Assembly (NCBI GenBank): GCA_047967505.1
Contig: CM106538.1
Origin: Dipteris shenzhenensis
Taxonomy: Eukaryota
Direction: 5' to 3' (one strand)
Length of the DNA stretch: 64,000 nucleotides
The position numbers and the translations under genes were made by a program. The notes beneath the pieces were generated by a model. That model ran no database searches and was not told the origin of the DNA. It worked only from the letters and a program-made list of their open reading frames with translations. The first letter of the stretch is position 1; each line of letters opens with the position of its first letter. Below, in pieces: positions 25,341 through 39,434 of the stretch.

Positions 25341-26780
25341 AGAAGGACTTCGAGCGTAATCATTCTCTCGCATGGAAGGAGCTTGGGCTGCGCCTCAGGA
25401 GCCGCGATTGTTCGAAGACTGGAGCACTACTATGACCGAGTAATAGCGTGGACGGTGCTGAAAGAGAAACCAAGAATCTCTGTACCACGGGACAAGAATA
25501 TCATCGCTGCTCCTCATGACTATGCAAAATCGTTCGATCTGGACCTTCAGGATACTGAGCTCAGGCTTGGGATTGGACCTGCTTTGGTCGCTCGGAATGG
25601 GTCTGGGTCTGCCCATGGAAATGCAGCTCAAGGTGCTGCTGTACAGGACGGCATTTCAGCTTCACGCTCAGTGGCTGAAGATCGGATTGTAATGTCATAG
25701 GAATATCTTCGTCAAAGACCTACGGCTTTGAGCAGAATCCCCACCCAGAGCAGCAGCTGACCGATCAAAGAAAATCTTCTTCGAAGCATCTTCCTGCTAG
25801 AAAAGTAAACGGGAGCTGGGAGAAATCGCCCCGTGCTGCTCAAGGAGCGAATGGATCCTGCACGCCCCAGGAATCCTATCAAAGTTGGGGTGAGCAACGT
25901 TTTGTCTCCCTTTCAGCCACAAGCGCAGTGGACAAGAATTTGTTCTCCGGTCAGGAAAGCTCTGGCAACGATAATCATTTCACGAAGGAGATGCCTTGGA
26001 GCTTCTCAACGCGGCAAGTTTCTCAACTCGAATGAAGACCCTTGAGCGGCAGCTTGAGTATTGTTGGAGCTTCATTTGCTGTTGTTGCCGTGGGCGTTGG
26101 GACCTAGGAAGGAGTAGCGTAGGTCGATGCTCGTGAAGGTCGAGCAATTGGCAGCAATGAGTAGCAGCGCTGGACATAGAAGTAAGTCGAGGCCTTGGCT
26201 AACTCAGACTCTCTGTCATAAGCATATCTCTCTCACGAAGAGCTCTCACAAGACTCTCAATAGTCTCTGGAAACTCTCTTTTCTCTCAAATGAACTCTCC
26301 CTATATCCGAGCTTTGTAAGCTCTCTCACTCTTCTCTCAATAATGAAAAACATAAGCTCTCAATCAGAATTCTCTCAAGAGCAATGACAGAAATTTCTTT
26401 CAATGGACGGAAATTCTCTCAACGGAAGAGAATGAAACACTCAATCTCTCTCAATCTCTCAAACTCTCAATCACTCTCAAGAATCACAATGTCTCAGCGG
26501 AAGACAAGGAAGCTCTGATACCATGACAAAATATGAAGAGGGGAGAGGAGAAGAGTGGAGATGAGGAGAGAGGGCACAGCTAGAGAGCACACCACAAATG
26601 ACTAACTGTACACTAGAATTAGTTGAAAAAATAGAATATATACAAACCCTTTTAGGGTTAGGGTTAGGGGATCTAACCCTTTCCTTTATAGCACTCTATA
26701 AGGTTAGTGCTATGCACATATGATCACGTGATGGTGCTATGCACACATGATCACATGATGTTGAGCGTGAACTCTCAACA
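25341..26780 (-). mobile_element. 5'-end fragment of an LTR retroelement (LTR, PBS, non-coding leader), minus strand
   Basis: On the minus strand, TGTTGAGAG...TTTTGTCA (26780-26524, 257 bp) is followed directly by the PBS TGGTATCAGAGCT (26523-26511). No gag-pol motifs and no second LTR were seen. The left limit is approximate. Confidence 0.75.
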
Positions 26781-26782
26781 AT

Positions 26783-29700
26783 CTTCACATAGGACACCAC
26801 TCTCCTATGATCACTGGAATACCCCTCCTAGAATAGTAGGGTAAACATTTCTACAAGTGGAGAATGGCAGTGGTGCCAATCTCTTATTAGGCCCTAAGAA
26901 ATGGCATTGAGAAGGCTAAACTCACATGTGCAGAGATCACATGGAATTGTGTCAATCTCTATGGAGAATGCCACCAGTGGAGAATGCCACCAGTGGAGAA
27001 TGGCAGTGGTGCCAATCTCACATGTGCATTGGCACTTTTGCCATTATCCTACTTCCATTCTCCGCTAGTGGTAATGTGCATTCTTCTATGTAGTGGAATG
27101 TCAATCTATAGGTTTAGTTTGTCTAGACAACCACTAGTGGAAAATGGCAGTGATGCCAAACTCATGGTGGCACCTACATAATGACGCTGAGATCATCAGA
27201 CTCACATGTGGATTGGAATCGGACACCACTCTCCTATGATGATTAGAATACCCCTCCTAGAATAGTAGGGTAAACATTTGTACAAGTGGAGAATGGAAGT
27301 GGTGCCAATCTCTTATTAGGGCCTAAGAAATGGCATTGAGAAGCCTAAACTCACATGTGCATCCTTCTATGTAGTCATCACTGTCTCCGCTGTGTAGAGA
27401 TCGTATGGAATTGTGTCAATCTCTGTGGAGAATGCCACCAGTGGAGAATGGCAGTGGTGCCAATCTCATACCATGACCTGAAAACATGCACAAGGAGTCC
27501 TAAACTCACATGTGCATTGGCACTTTTGCCATTATCCTACTGCAGCCAATAAAATTAGTGGAATGTCAATCTATAGGTTCGGTTTGTCTAGACTACTACT
27601 AGCGGAGAATGGCAGTGGTGCCAATCTCATGCTTGCAACTACATAATGACACTGAGATCATCAAACTCACATGTGGAATGGAATAGGACACCACTCTCCT
27701 ATGATCAGGGGTACCCCTCCTAGAATAGTAGGCTAAACATTTGTACAAGTGGAGAATGGCAGTGGTGCCAATCTCTTATTAGGCCCTAAGAAATGGCATT
27801 GAGAAGCCTAAACTCACATGTGTAGAGATCATATGGAATTGTGTCAATCTCTGTGGAGAATTCCACCAGTGGAGAATGGCAGTGGTGCCAATCTCATACC
27901 ATGACCTGAAAACATATAAAGGAATCCTAAACTCACATGTGCATTCTTCTATGTAGTGATCACTGTCTCCGTTGTGTAGAGATCATATGGAATTGTGTCA
28001 ATCTCTGAGATCATCAGACTCACATGTGGAATGGAATAGGACACCACTCTCCTATGATCACTGGAATACCCCTCCTAGAATACTAGGGTAAACATTTGTA
28101 CAAGTGGAGAATGGTAGTGGTGCCAATCTCTTATTAGGCCCTAAGAAATGGCATTGAGAAGCCTAAACTCACATGTGCATTATTCTATGTAGTGATCACT
28201 ATCTCCGCTATGTAGATATCATATGGAATTGTGTCAATATCTATGGAGAATGCCACCAGTGGAGAATGGCAGTGGTGCTAATCTCATACCATGACCTGAA
28301 AACATGCACAAGGAATCCTAAACTCACATGTGCATTCTTCTATGTAGTGATCACTGTCTCCGCTGTGTAGAGATCATATGGAATTGTGTCAATCTCTGAG
28401 ATCATCAAACTCACATGTGGATTGGAATCGGACACCACTCTCCTATGATCACTGGAATACCCCTCCTAGAATACTAGGGTAAACATTTGTACAAGTGGAG
28501 AATGGCAGTGGTGCCAATCTCTTATTAGGCCCTAATAAATGGCATTGAGAAGCCTAAACTCACATGTGCATTCTTCTATGTAGTCATCACTATCTCCACT
28601 GTGTAGAGATCATATGGATTTGTGTCAATCTCTATGGAGAATGCCATCAGTGGAGAATGGCTGTGGTGCCAATCTCATACCATAACCTGAAAACATGCAC
28701 AAGGAATCCTAAACTCACATGTGCATTGGCACTACCACTAGTGGAGAATGGAAGTGATGCCAATCTCATGCTGGCAGCTACATAATGACAATGAGATCAT
28801 CAAACTCACATGTGCATTGAAACTTTTGCCATAATCCTACTACAGCCAATAAATATAGTGGAATGTCAACCTACAGGTTTAGTTTGTTTAGATTACGACT
28901 AGTGGAGAATGGCAGTGATGCCAATCTCATGCTGGCAAATACATAATGACACTAAGACCATAAAACTCACATGTGCATTCTTCTATGTAGTGATCACTGT
29001 CTCCGCTATGTAGATATCATATGGAATTGTGTCAATCTCTGTGGAGAATGCCACCAGTGGAGAATGGTAGCATACCTAGACCTTAAAAATGGCATAAGGA
29101 ATCCTAAACTCACATGTGCATTGGCACTTTTGCAATTATACTACTATAGCCAATAAAATTTGTCGAATGTCAATATACAAGTTTAGTTTATCTAGACTGC
29201 CACCAGTGGAGAATTGAAGTGATGCCAATCTCATGTAGGCAACTACATAATGACATTGAGATCCTCAAACTCACATGTGGATTGGAATCGGGCACCATTA
29301 TCCTATGATCCTTGGAATACCCCTCTCAGAATATTAGGGTAAACATTTGTACAAGCATAGAATGGTAGTGGTGCCAATCTCTTATTAGGCCCTAGAAAAT
29401 GGCATTGTGAAGCCTAAACTTAGAATAGTAGGGTAAACATTTGTACAAGTGGAGAATGGCAGTGGTGCCAATCTCTTATTAGGCCCTAAGAAATGGCATT
29501 GGGAAGCCTAAACTCACATGTGCATTGGCACAAGGAATCCTAAACTAACATGTGCATTGGCACTTTTGCCATTATCCTACTGCCATTCTCCGCTAGTGGT
29601 AATGTGCTCACATGTGCATTGCCATTCTTCTATGTAGTGATCCCTGTCTCCGTTGTGTAGAGATCATATAGAATTGTGTCAATCTCTATGGAGAATGCCA

Positions 29701-31280
29701 CCAGTGGAGAATGGCAGTGGTGCCAATCTCATACCATGACCTGAAAACATGCACAAGGAATCCTAAACTCACATGTGCATTGGCACTTTTGCCATTATCC
29801 TACTCCGGCCAATAAAATTAGTGGAATGTCAATCTATAGGTTTAGTTTGTCTAGATTACCACTAGCGGAGAATGCAGTGATGCCAAACTCATGCTGGCCC
29901 TAAGAAATGGCATTGAGAAGCCTAAACTCACATGTGCATCCTTCTATGTAGTGATCACTGTCTCCGATATGTAGAGATCATATGGAATTGTGTCAATCTC
30001 TTATTAGGCCTTGGAATGTCAATCTATAGGTTTAGTTTGTCTAGACTACCACTAGTGGACAATGGCAGTGATGCCAAACTCATGGTGGCACCTACATAAT
30101 GACACTGAGATCATCAGACTCACATGTGGATTGGAATCAGACACCACTCTCCTATCATCACTGGAATACCCCTCCTAGAATAGTAGGGTAAACATTTGTA
30201 CAAGTGGAGAATGGCAGTGGTGCCAATCTCTTATTAGGCCCTAAGAAATGGCATTGAGAAGCCTAAACTCACATGTGCATTCTTCTATGTAGTCATCACT
30301 GTCTCCGCTGTGTAGAGATCATATGGAATTGTGTCAATCTCTGTGGAGAATGCCACCAGTGGAGAATGGCAGTGGTGCCAATCTCATACCATGACCTGAA
30401 AACATGCATAAGAAATCCTAAACTCACATGTGCATTGGCACTTTTGCCATTATCCTACTGCAGCCAATAAAATTAGTGGAATGTCAATCTATAGGTTCAG
30501 TTTGTCTAGACTACCACTAGCAGAGAATGGCAGTGATGCCAATCTCATGCTGGCAACTACATAATGACACTGAGATCATCAAACTCACATGTGGATTGGA
30601 ATCGGACACCACTCTCCTATGATCACTGGAATACCCCTCCTAGAATAGTAGGGTAAACATCTATACAAGTGGAGAATGGCAGTGGTGCCAATCTCTTATT
30701 AGGCCCTAAGAAATGGCATTGAGAAGCCTGTGTCAATCTCTATGGAGAATACCACCAGTGGAGAATGGTAGTGGTGCCAATCTCATACCATGACCTGAAA
30801 ACATTCACAAGGAATGCTAAAGTACTCACATGTGCATTCTTCTATGTAGTGTTCACTATCTCCGCGGTGTAGAGATCATATGGAATTGTGTCAATCTATG
30901 TGGAGAATGCCACCAGTGGAGAATGGCAGTGGTGCCAATCTCATGCCATGACCTGAAAACATGCATAAGGAATCTTAAACTCAAATGTGCATTCTTCTAT
31001 GTAGTGATCACTGTCTGCACTGCGTAGAGATCATATGGAATTGTGTCAATCTCTGTGTAGAATGCCACAAGTGGAGAATGGTAGTGGTTCCATGTGATGA
31101 ATCGAACTTCTGCCGTTCTCCTTAACATCATGGAGGATGGCACCAGTGGCATTATCCTTAAACTCTCACGGAGGATGGCACTTGTGCCATTCTGAACAAA
31201 CTCACAATCCATGTGTTCAATGGCATTTGTGACACTCTTCTAACATCATATTATGTTGGAGAATGGCACGAATACCATTC
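26783..31280. repeat. Complex satellite: ~465-bp higher-order unit of three ~150-160-bp subunits
   Basis: Each subunit carries GTGGAGAATGGCAGTG(G/A)TGCCAATCTC and AAACTCACATGTG (e.g. cores at 27286, 27441, 27602, 27749). Full units run ~27220-27686 and ~30139-30604, and many deleted variants occur. Confidence 0.95.
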
Positions 31281-31488
31281 TTTATTATAACCATCTTAAC
31301 TTTGATATTGTGTATATTTGCTTACTGTGTTGGTGTAGTTTTTCATAATGCATATATAAGTTGCTTCGCCTTGGTTATTTTGTTAATAGAAGTTGCATTG
31401 TGGTTGTAATATTTCCTACTAAGTTTATGATTTTCTATTATACATTTCATTGTGTCCTTGCTTCTTTTGTTAACAGAACATTGCAAGA

Positions 31489-34400
31489 ATGGCTAGCAAC
31501 AAGGGAAAGAGAAAGGTTCAAGAGGTGTCAGTTTATGATGGAGTTAGTTCTAGAAGAGGATGGTTTTTGGATATATACAATAACGAACTCCAAAAACTCC
31601 ATAAAGTGCATTGTTTTGTGAACATCCAAGGAGCAACTTTTGAAGATGTTGGAAAAGTTAAAGAGATGGAGGATACCGAGAAAGACAACGTTCCTTTTCT
31701 CAAAATTCATACATTGGGAGGCAATGTGTATCAATTGGATCCTGCTTGTTTTGATCATGCGAGGATGAATGCTACTAGGGAGGACACGATGATATCTAGG
31801 GGTTGGATTAATGAGCAAGAAAATTATACCAATCAACAAATATTAGAAAGCTTTGATTTGGTAACAAAAGGGATAAAGCAAGATATAAAAAAGAGTAGAA
31901 AAGTTTCGAAAAGAACCAAGAAAAGTGATGGAGGGATCAAGCTCTCAAGTGTCTCAGAACACATTGCTCACACATTGAAAGAGAAGGCTAGAGAGACCAG
32001 TGAGGAGGAAACAACAGGTGAGAAGGAAATAAGGTCAGATGGAAAAACAAGCATTGGGGATAAACTAGAGGCTAAAGACAAAGAGACAACTTTAGGAGGA
32101 AAACAGGGAGGTACGGGAATAGTCACTGATGGAACTAGAAGTGGAGGTGATGCAATGGGGAGTGGTGAGACACATATAACAGGACATGGTGAGAAATCAT
32201 CCAATATAAGAAAATCCAGCCAGATGTTGACTTTAAGGCACTACAAAAGAAATTGGAAAGGAAGGACACAAGTATGATAGGCTTGATGGAGTACATAGAG
32301 TACTTCCCATTTGGTTTGGAGTTTGAGGTGTTGATCCCAGTGATGAATTGCTTTAGAGCACCAAGCCAATATGTGTACAGGACATTGACCCTTAGCTATG
32401 TCAGGGACTTGGTCAAGAGTTTTGCAATGAATGCATGACCTCCTGCAACATGTGCATATCTTATGCCTTACCACATAGGCACAAATACTCCGATGTCCAA
32501 GGAAGAGATAAAGGTGGAAAAGTTAAAGGAGTATAATTATTGGATTCTTGCAGGGCAGCATTCGATTTATGCTGCAAGGATATTTATAACTAAAGCACAT
32601 GGAGAAGCCTTCAATCAACGAAAAGGTTTCTATACATGGAGGAAGGCGAGAATTGTTGTCAATGCACCAGTTGAAGCAAGTTGTAAGATATCATCAATGG
32701 CCAACATGGAGGCACAGACCGTTTTGAAAACTCAACCATATATCGATATCTTACAACACCTAAGGGCACAGTGGATTGCATTCAGACGACCAAAGAAACT
32801 AGCCCAAGGCCTTGTCAAAGGGCATAAAGATTGACAAAGTTGGGATGTGAGTAATAAACTTTGTTTTGTATGCATTTTTTATTTCAAGAATGTTTATGGA
32901 TTTGTAAAAGAAATGATAGTAGTGCCAATTCCTTGATGTGAGAATGGCACTAGTGCCATTCTTCTAGTTACCAAGTCATGCTTTTGACATGGTAATGGGA
33001 GAATTGCACTAGTGTCATTATTATCTCTATTACAGGATTTGGATTAGAAGAATGTCTAAGATGATTTTGATTTTTTTATATAGAATTTTGCCAGAGTTGC
33101 AAGCGTATCGATGGGCATAAACTTTGCTACCAAGGACACACATGGTCACATACGATGATGACATCTACGAACAATGGATTAGGATTTTGACATTGGTGAA
33201 GCAGGGTGATCTTGAGGGTCGAAATCCCACAATAACATATATGAGGTGTCTGCTAGGATTGGAAGACGAAGATGTACGTGCACTTCAAGCAGAGATTGAG
33301 TCTAAAGAAATGGTCTTGGTCAAGTCAAGCAAAGACAAGGACTCCATTGAAATGTCTCAACGGGCAATGGAGATTAAGCATGATAGAGCCCTGAAAGAAG
33401 CACTCATCAAGGAGTTCAACTCACGTCACCCTTCGCCCCAACATCAAACATGGGATGCCCTTGCAACTTACTTCAAAATTGATTCAATTGTTTATCAGAG
33501 CTTCAAGGGTTCATGTGAGTCATGGGTCAAAGAGAAGCTGCAAGTTGGCAAGTCCACACCTGATTTCCCAAAAGCCGTGTCAATCTATGTTGATTGGGTG
33601 ATTAGTTCAATAGAGGGTAACAAGTCTACATCTCAGTCTTGTTTTCCTTGGACAATTATTCAAGTGAACATGGAGATGGAGGGGGAGAGCTTTCTAACAC
33701 GTCACTCCAAGGGACAACTTCCAATCAGCTTGTGTGTGCTTGACACCTCAAAGGGATCTGCCAAAGGCATGTGTTGGGATAAGGATGCCTTTAAGAAGTT
33801 GCTCTGTGGCTTGATGGAGACCGTTGCCACTCCGTCACAGTATGTATTGCTATCATTTATGACAATGATAGAGATGGTAAATCTCAAGGAAGCAATGATA
33901 GAGGCTCGATTTTGGCATAGAAGGTTTGTGGGTGTTATCCATGAATCGGATAGTGCACAAAAGGGTTTGTCTGAGACCTTTTGTTTTTTGTCATTTGTCA
34001 GCTCACATGATGGGTTTGATGGATTTGAGCACATGTTAGAAATCGCAAGGCCATACACAATAATTGAGGACAATATTCTTTATTCTGATGAGGGCGATGA
34101 GTATGAAAAAGAGGCGGTTGTGAAGCATGGCATCATCAAGGAGTGCATCAGGTGCTATTGTAGTAGGGAACATGAATTTGTTGTTGACGTCTTTACTAAT
34201 GGATGTGTGGCATTACAAGCATTGTCAAGCAAAAGAAAAGTGATCTCACTGGTGAAGACATCCCAACAGGCGACAGAGGTCGAGGCTATGTGTGTGGCAC
34301 ATGCATCAAATAATCCCCATATTAAGATTTGGTCTAGCATTGAGAGGCCTCTTGAGACACAAAGAGCTGATTCACCTATCGATGAAGGAATTAAAGAGGG

Positions 34401-37164
34401 TGAGCATCACATTGAAGACTTGCGACCTTTAACTGAAGCAGATCTTGAAGCTATCCCAAAGATTACATTGGAAGATTTGGAACAAGGTCTTTAGCTACTC
34501 ATTTATGCCTTGTGTATTCAGTTTCAAAATAATATGACTTTTATGGATTTTCTCGATTGCACATACTCTCATTATATTAAAGATATTAAACATTAGGTAT
34601 GATAAAATTGCGTGACATAATGACATGGGGAATGGTACTAGTGTCATTCTCCCTATGTCGGGTTATACATAAGAGGTACTATTAACATTTTATGCGACCT
34701 CATATGGAGAATGGCACTAGTGCCATTCTCTCTTTGTGGTTATGTAGAAATGGTAATACTGTTATGTTCCTTTCTTGAATCTATGTCAGTTGAAAGCATT
34801 ACAGAGATTAAAAATTGTATAGTATTAACTATGCTACCAAAGTTTTGATTTGGGTGCTTTCTACAAATCTGTTGGACCAAAGTAATACAGTATCTATGCT
34901 TTTAGATCATGCATTGTACATTTCTTTTGGGACATGGGGGGAGGCACTAGTAGTATTCTCTCCTCCCAATGAGGGTATAGAGAAAGGCACTAGTGGCATT
35001 CTCCATAACCTTATATGTAAAATGGCACTAGCACCACCTCAAGAGAAGAATAGCACTATTGCCATTCTCTCTATGAGTTCAGAGAGAAAGGTTGCACTAT
35101 TTGCATTCTCAATTGAACTTTAGAGATATTGGCACTTTTGCCATTCCCCAAAAATACAATGGAATCAGTGAACGACGATGGATAATTCTCATACTTTATT
35201 GTTATTTATTAGTTTCATATGCTTTTGTGCATCGACATTGTTGAATACACTCTAAAGAATCAAAATATTTCTATATTCCTCAACTTCCACAGGGACCAAT
35301 GATGCATGGAAGGATGTGGAGACATCAAATGTAGAGGACAACATACCACCCAAACTGGGGACTATCAATTACGCGATGGATACAGGAGGTATAGAAGAAA
35401 ACATAACCCCAAAAATGGAGAAAATTGCAAGGAATATCACGAATCCTATACTTTTAGAAGAGAACATGGATGAACGTACTGTCTCAACATTGGGGACAAA
35501 ACTAGATAATCTTATTGTTGTTGCAAACATGTATGAAATCATAGCACCTGCTGACAATTTGGATGAGTCAGAAGCCAGCAACTTCAAGGAGAATTTGGAT
35601 CTATATCCACATACAATTTCTTTGGATATGCCACGATTAACAATCATATTAGACTTGAATGGCCTGTTATTAAGTCGCTGCCTATTCAAGTCTCCAATAC
35701 ATCCGTCCATCATGCATGGCAAAAATATTTATATGGTTGTTCGTCCTGGGTGCATAGAATTTCTTAAAATCTTGCTACAAAGATTTAATGTAGGTATCTA
35801 GTCAACTGCGATGGAGCATAACGTACTTGATATGGTAGGAAAGCTGCAAAATTATGCAAATGAGAGCCTCCCTTTCTTTGTTATATGGTCTCAACAAGGA
35901 TGCTACACTTACAGTAAGACGAGGATAAATAGGCCTGACAAGGTTGGTGTTGAGGCAATGTTCAAACCCTTGGCAAAAATCTCAAAGGCATTTGGATGTG
36001 ATGCTAGAAGGACAATCCTTGTTGATGACTCCCCATACAAGGCTTGCATTAGCCCTCCATCAAATTGCATATTTCCTTCAACGTTTGATGTACAAGACAA
36101 GGATGATAATATTCTACTGAGAGAGTTGATGCCGTACTTACTACAACTCGATGAGACTAAAGATGTGCGCAGCATGATTGAGACAAATCGGTATGGACAA
36201 TTACCTATGATGGAGGGGCATAAGGATTTCAACCTTGTCCAGAAAGTAATTGATGAATGGAGGGAGGAAAATCATGCATGGTCAAGAATGGAATATAAAA
36301 CAAGAAATCTTCCTTTTGTAGATCAACTAAGAGAGAGGGATATAGGTGGTAGGGCAACCCATGGTGGTGATGGCCAGGTGCCTAAACTCAATGCATCCCA
36401 AATAAGACTTTTAAGGAATGCTCCACAACTCTCTAGCATGAATCTATGCAAGTTTCTCAATTGGCTATAGACCTAGGGTACAAAGGTCGCTATATCAAGA
36501 AATACATTGCTAAGGGCTACATAAACCGACTACAGAATGTGTATTTTTCATGAAGGTACATATGTCAAAGTGTTTTTTGATTTTATCTCGATATATATAA
36601 CTGTTGTTGTAGCTAATTGAATTTTTCTTTTGTGATGTAGATAGATATACGTTCAAATCAAGCTTGAGTAGGTACATACCAGAACGAGATCCATTTGGAC
36701 CACCAAAGTTACCTGTCCCTATCAACGAAGTGTTCTGGATAAAAAATGTGGCTTTCGAGGTGCATGAGTCAACCATTACAGGTGTGTTTGTGCATGGCTC
36801 CATCAAGAGATGGACTACTATTCTCCATTATGGAGGTGACAAGTACTCCTACAGAGACTGGAAGGAATTATGTAGAGTTCATCCAAGGCTAAAGAAGTAC
36901 TCTATCCAAGAGGACCCTACTGTCCCTATGAAGGATATGGTGCATATTGTTGGTGATGTTCAATATGGCAATGTGGCAGGATTTATTAACAGTAATAGAA
37001 ATACCAATGTAAAGCCAAATGTTTGTTATGTATTTTCCCCTGATGTTCCACCTTGGTATGACCCCATGATGAACATAGATATTGTAGAATATGGTCACAT
37101 TTGTATTGAATCCATAGATGATATACATGCAGGAGAGAAGCTATTTGCAGACTATGAGTTTTGA
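31489..37164 (+). pseudogene. Spliced multidomain gene: ParB/Srx-like + degenerate DNA-methyltransferase-like + FCP1/NIF HAD phosphatase + SET domain
   Basis: ParB-like: YRTLTLSYVRDLVKSF...YWILAGQHSIYAA...N. MTase-like: IIKECIRCYCSREHEFVVDVF..G...A....RKVI. FCP1: IILDLNGLL..VRPGCIEFL..KPL..TILVDDSPYK. SET: GNVAGFINS..KPN..DIHAGEKLFADY. A phase-1 GT-AG intron 34487-35292 joins the halves in frame; other introns at ~32847-33083 and ~36556-36640. Several stops and frameshifts. Confidence 0.72.
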
Positions 37165-38961
37165 ATAATAACATTGTATTTCTTTATATAATCATTACTT
37201 ATGGGAATTACTACTTTCTTGCCAACTATGTAAATTGGTGCGTAATTGTTGTGTGTGAATAATATGCAAACATGTTCATAACTACATTCATAATGTATTT
37301 TGAAGGAGTGTCTCTCGTGCCATTCTTTCTGGTGCCATTCTCTTTGGGGCTAGAAATTGAGAGTTTCTTTGGAATCATGATTTATTTCAAGGATTTCAAT
37401 GGTGTATCAACAAGAAGTTATGTTTTCATCCTAAAGTGTACTTTTTTACTTTGCAATGAGTAATCAACATGACATGTAAAGTTATCGTTTTACAATAATG
37501 CTAGTCAGTCTAAACATTGAAAGTGCACAATAAATGATTGTCATTGCCACCTAAATTACATCAAATGCTTGTCATTGCCCATTGATTTTCCATCAACTAC
37601 ATATCTTGCATACATTCTCCTCAACTACATATCTTGATTTTCCATCAACTACATATCTTACTAAGTTAGCATTTTCATTGCAATACTCATGGTTATTAAT
37701 TACACTCTACATTTTTTAAACGGTGTTTTGGAGATTTTCAAATGAGAATGCTCACAACAAAAGCGAGTCTCAATATCAATGGAAATTCCAGAGACTCGCT
37801 ATTATGAAGGTGTTTTTGAACATCACTATGGCTCACGAGATGAATCTAACTCAAATGGGTTTCAAAGTTTATTATTTTGTTGATGATAACGTAGTTTAGA
37901 CACTGATATTCTATTTATTATTTGAGAATGTAGTTGATATTTCACACTTCATGAATGGCTATCTAGTCTATTTTCACATATTTCTCCTGTTTTTTCATTG
38001 AGGGGTGCTACAATTTCTTCCAAAACTGCCATTCTGGGAATTGGGTTTTTCCCGAATTATCTAATACGGTCTTATTTTGTATGCTCCACCTTATACTCTG
38101 CCTACAGGCATCTATCTTGTACTCTGCCTATGGGCATCTACCTTACAAGTACTCTGCCTATGGGCATCAATATAATAAAATGTCTTTTTTAGAATTGTCT
38201 TTGCATGTGCAATCTTAAATTTATTTTCAATGTATTTGCAATCTATTAATTTACTTACATGCACTCTCAATGTATACAAAAGCAAAATGAAATAATAAAC
38301 ATCACATCTTAATAGAACATGCAAAAGGAAATAATACTCAATTTTACTTAACATAGTAAAGGAAAGAATGTTCTGTAAATGGGAAGAGAAAATAATTTGA
38401 AAATTGTATTCTTTATTTACATTGATGAGTAATATCATAAAGATCATTAAAGCTTGAATGCCTAAGCTACTCTAGTCTACGCCTCTTCTTGCTTGGCTTA
38501 GATCCCTTTTTTGCTTTTGCTGAAGCAAAGAGGGCTGCACAATTTCATTCTCTATAGCCAAGGGATCTGTAATGCCAGCTAGCCCTGCACTAGCTATAAT
38601 ACTATAAAGTGGACCAAATTGTGTGTCTGAAAACAAAAATAAAGCTACACTACGCCTAATCAAAACAACACGATCGGCAATAGGATGAATGGGCCTCATC
38701 TTCACCATCTGACTGAGGACCTTGAACTTCATGATATTTATCTTTCCATCTAGCAATAATTGTCGATGGAACACCAAAATGTATTGAGCCACTCCGTTGA
38801 TGTAGTCTGATTGATGCCATCCCCCCACCAGAAGACCCTCTGGTTCCACCCTTGCATCCGGTATACTCATCAACCCATAAAATATCCTACAACCAACATA
38901 TTACATCAAAATCCAAAGATTATATAAATTAATAAAATGTCATTTTTCAAGAATTAATAAG

Positions 38962-39288
38962 AATAAGGGTTTTTTTCCAAGTAAAAGTCATATCTTTAAG
39001 AAATCTGATTTGGGAGGCCACTGAGACCCTAGCAACCATGCCTATCAATTTTATGCCAAAAAAACTCCTGCAAGCCCAAAATCCGACATCATGCAGCCAG
39101 AGCCCAGCTTTTGGTCGCACCCAGTTTCTACAGAAGCTGGGCTCTGGTCGCATGATGTTAGATTTTGGGCTTGCAGGGTTTTTTTTTGCATAAAATTGAT
39201 GGGCATGGTTGCTAGGGTCCCAGTGGTCTCCCAAATCATTTCTTAAAGATATGATTTTTACCTGTGAAAAAACCATAACCCTATTTAC
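38962..39288. repeat. Long inverted repeat / foldback (MITE-like), arms ~150 bp
   Basis: gtaaaagtcatatctttaagaaat..gatttgggag..ccctagcaaccatgcc..gcaagcccaaaatc..catcatgc..ccagagcccagctt is mirrored on the right of a short loop near 39115-39130. Confidence 0.9.
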
Positions 39289-39434
39289 ATAAATGGAGTG
39301 CGAGGGGCAAGTGGCACGGGCATGTGTCAGGGGCAAGTGGCAGGGCAAGTGACAATGGTAGGATGTCCTGGGTTTAAAATCATAACATTTGGTTGGGTTT
39401 TGTACTCTAAACTCTCAATGTTATTTTTCATTCC

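Noticed and set aside
26651-26669. True or interstitial telomere
   Set aside because: Only three units, embedded in an LTR.
27355-31027. Repeated 61-73 aa Cys-rich ORFs (MCILLCS...)
   Set aside because: These are translations of the satellite unit with variable ends and no coding evidence.
26783-31070. CRISPR-like array (conserved ~27-bp quasi-palindrome with intervening sequence)
   Set aside because: The spacers are long and themselves repeated, there are no cas genes, and the context is eukaryotic. It is a satellite.
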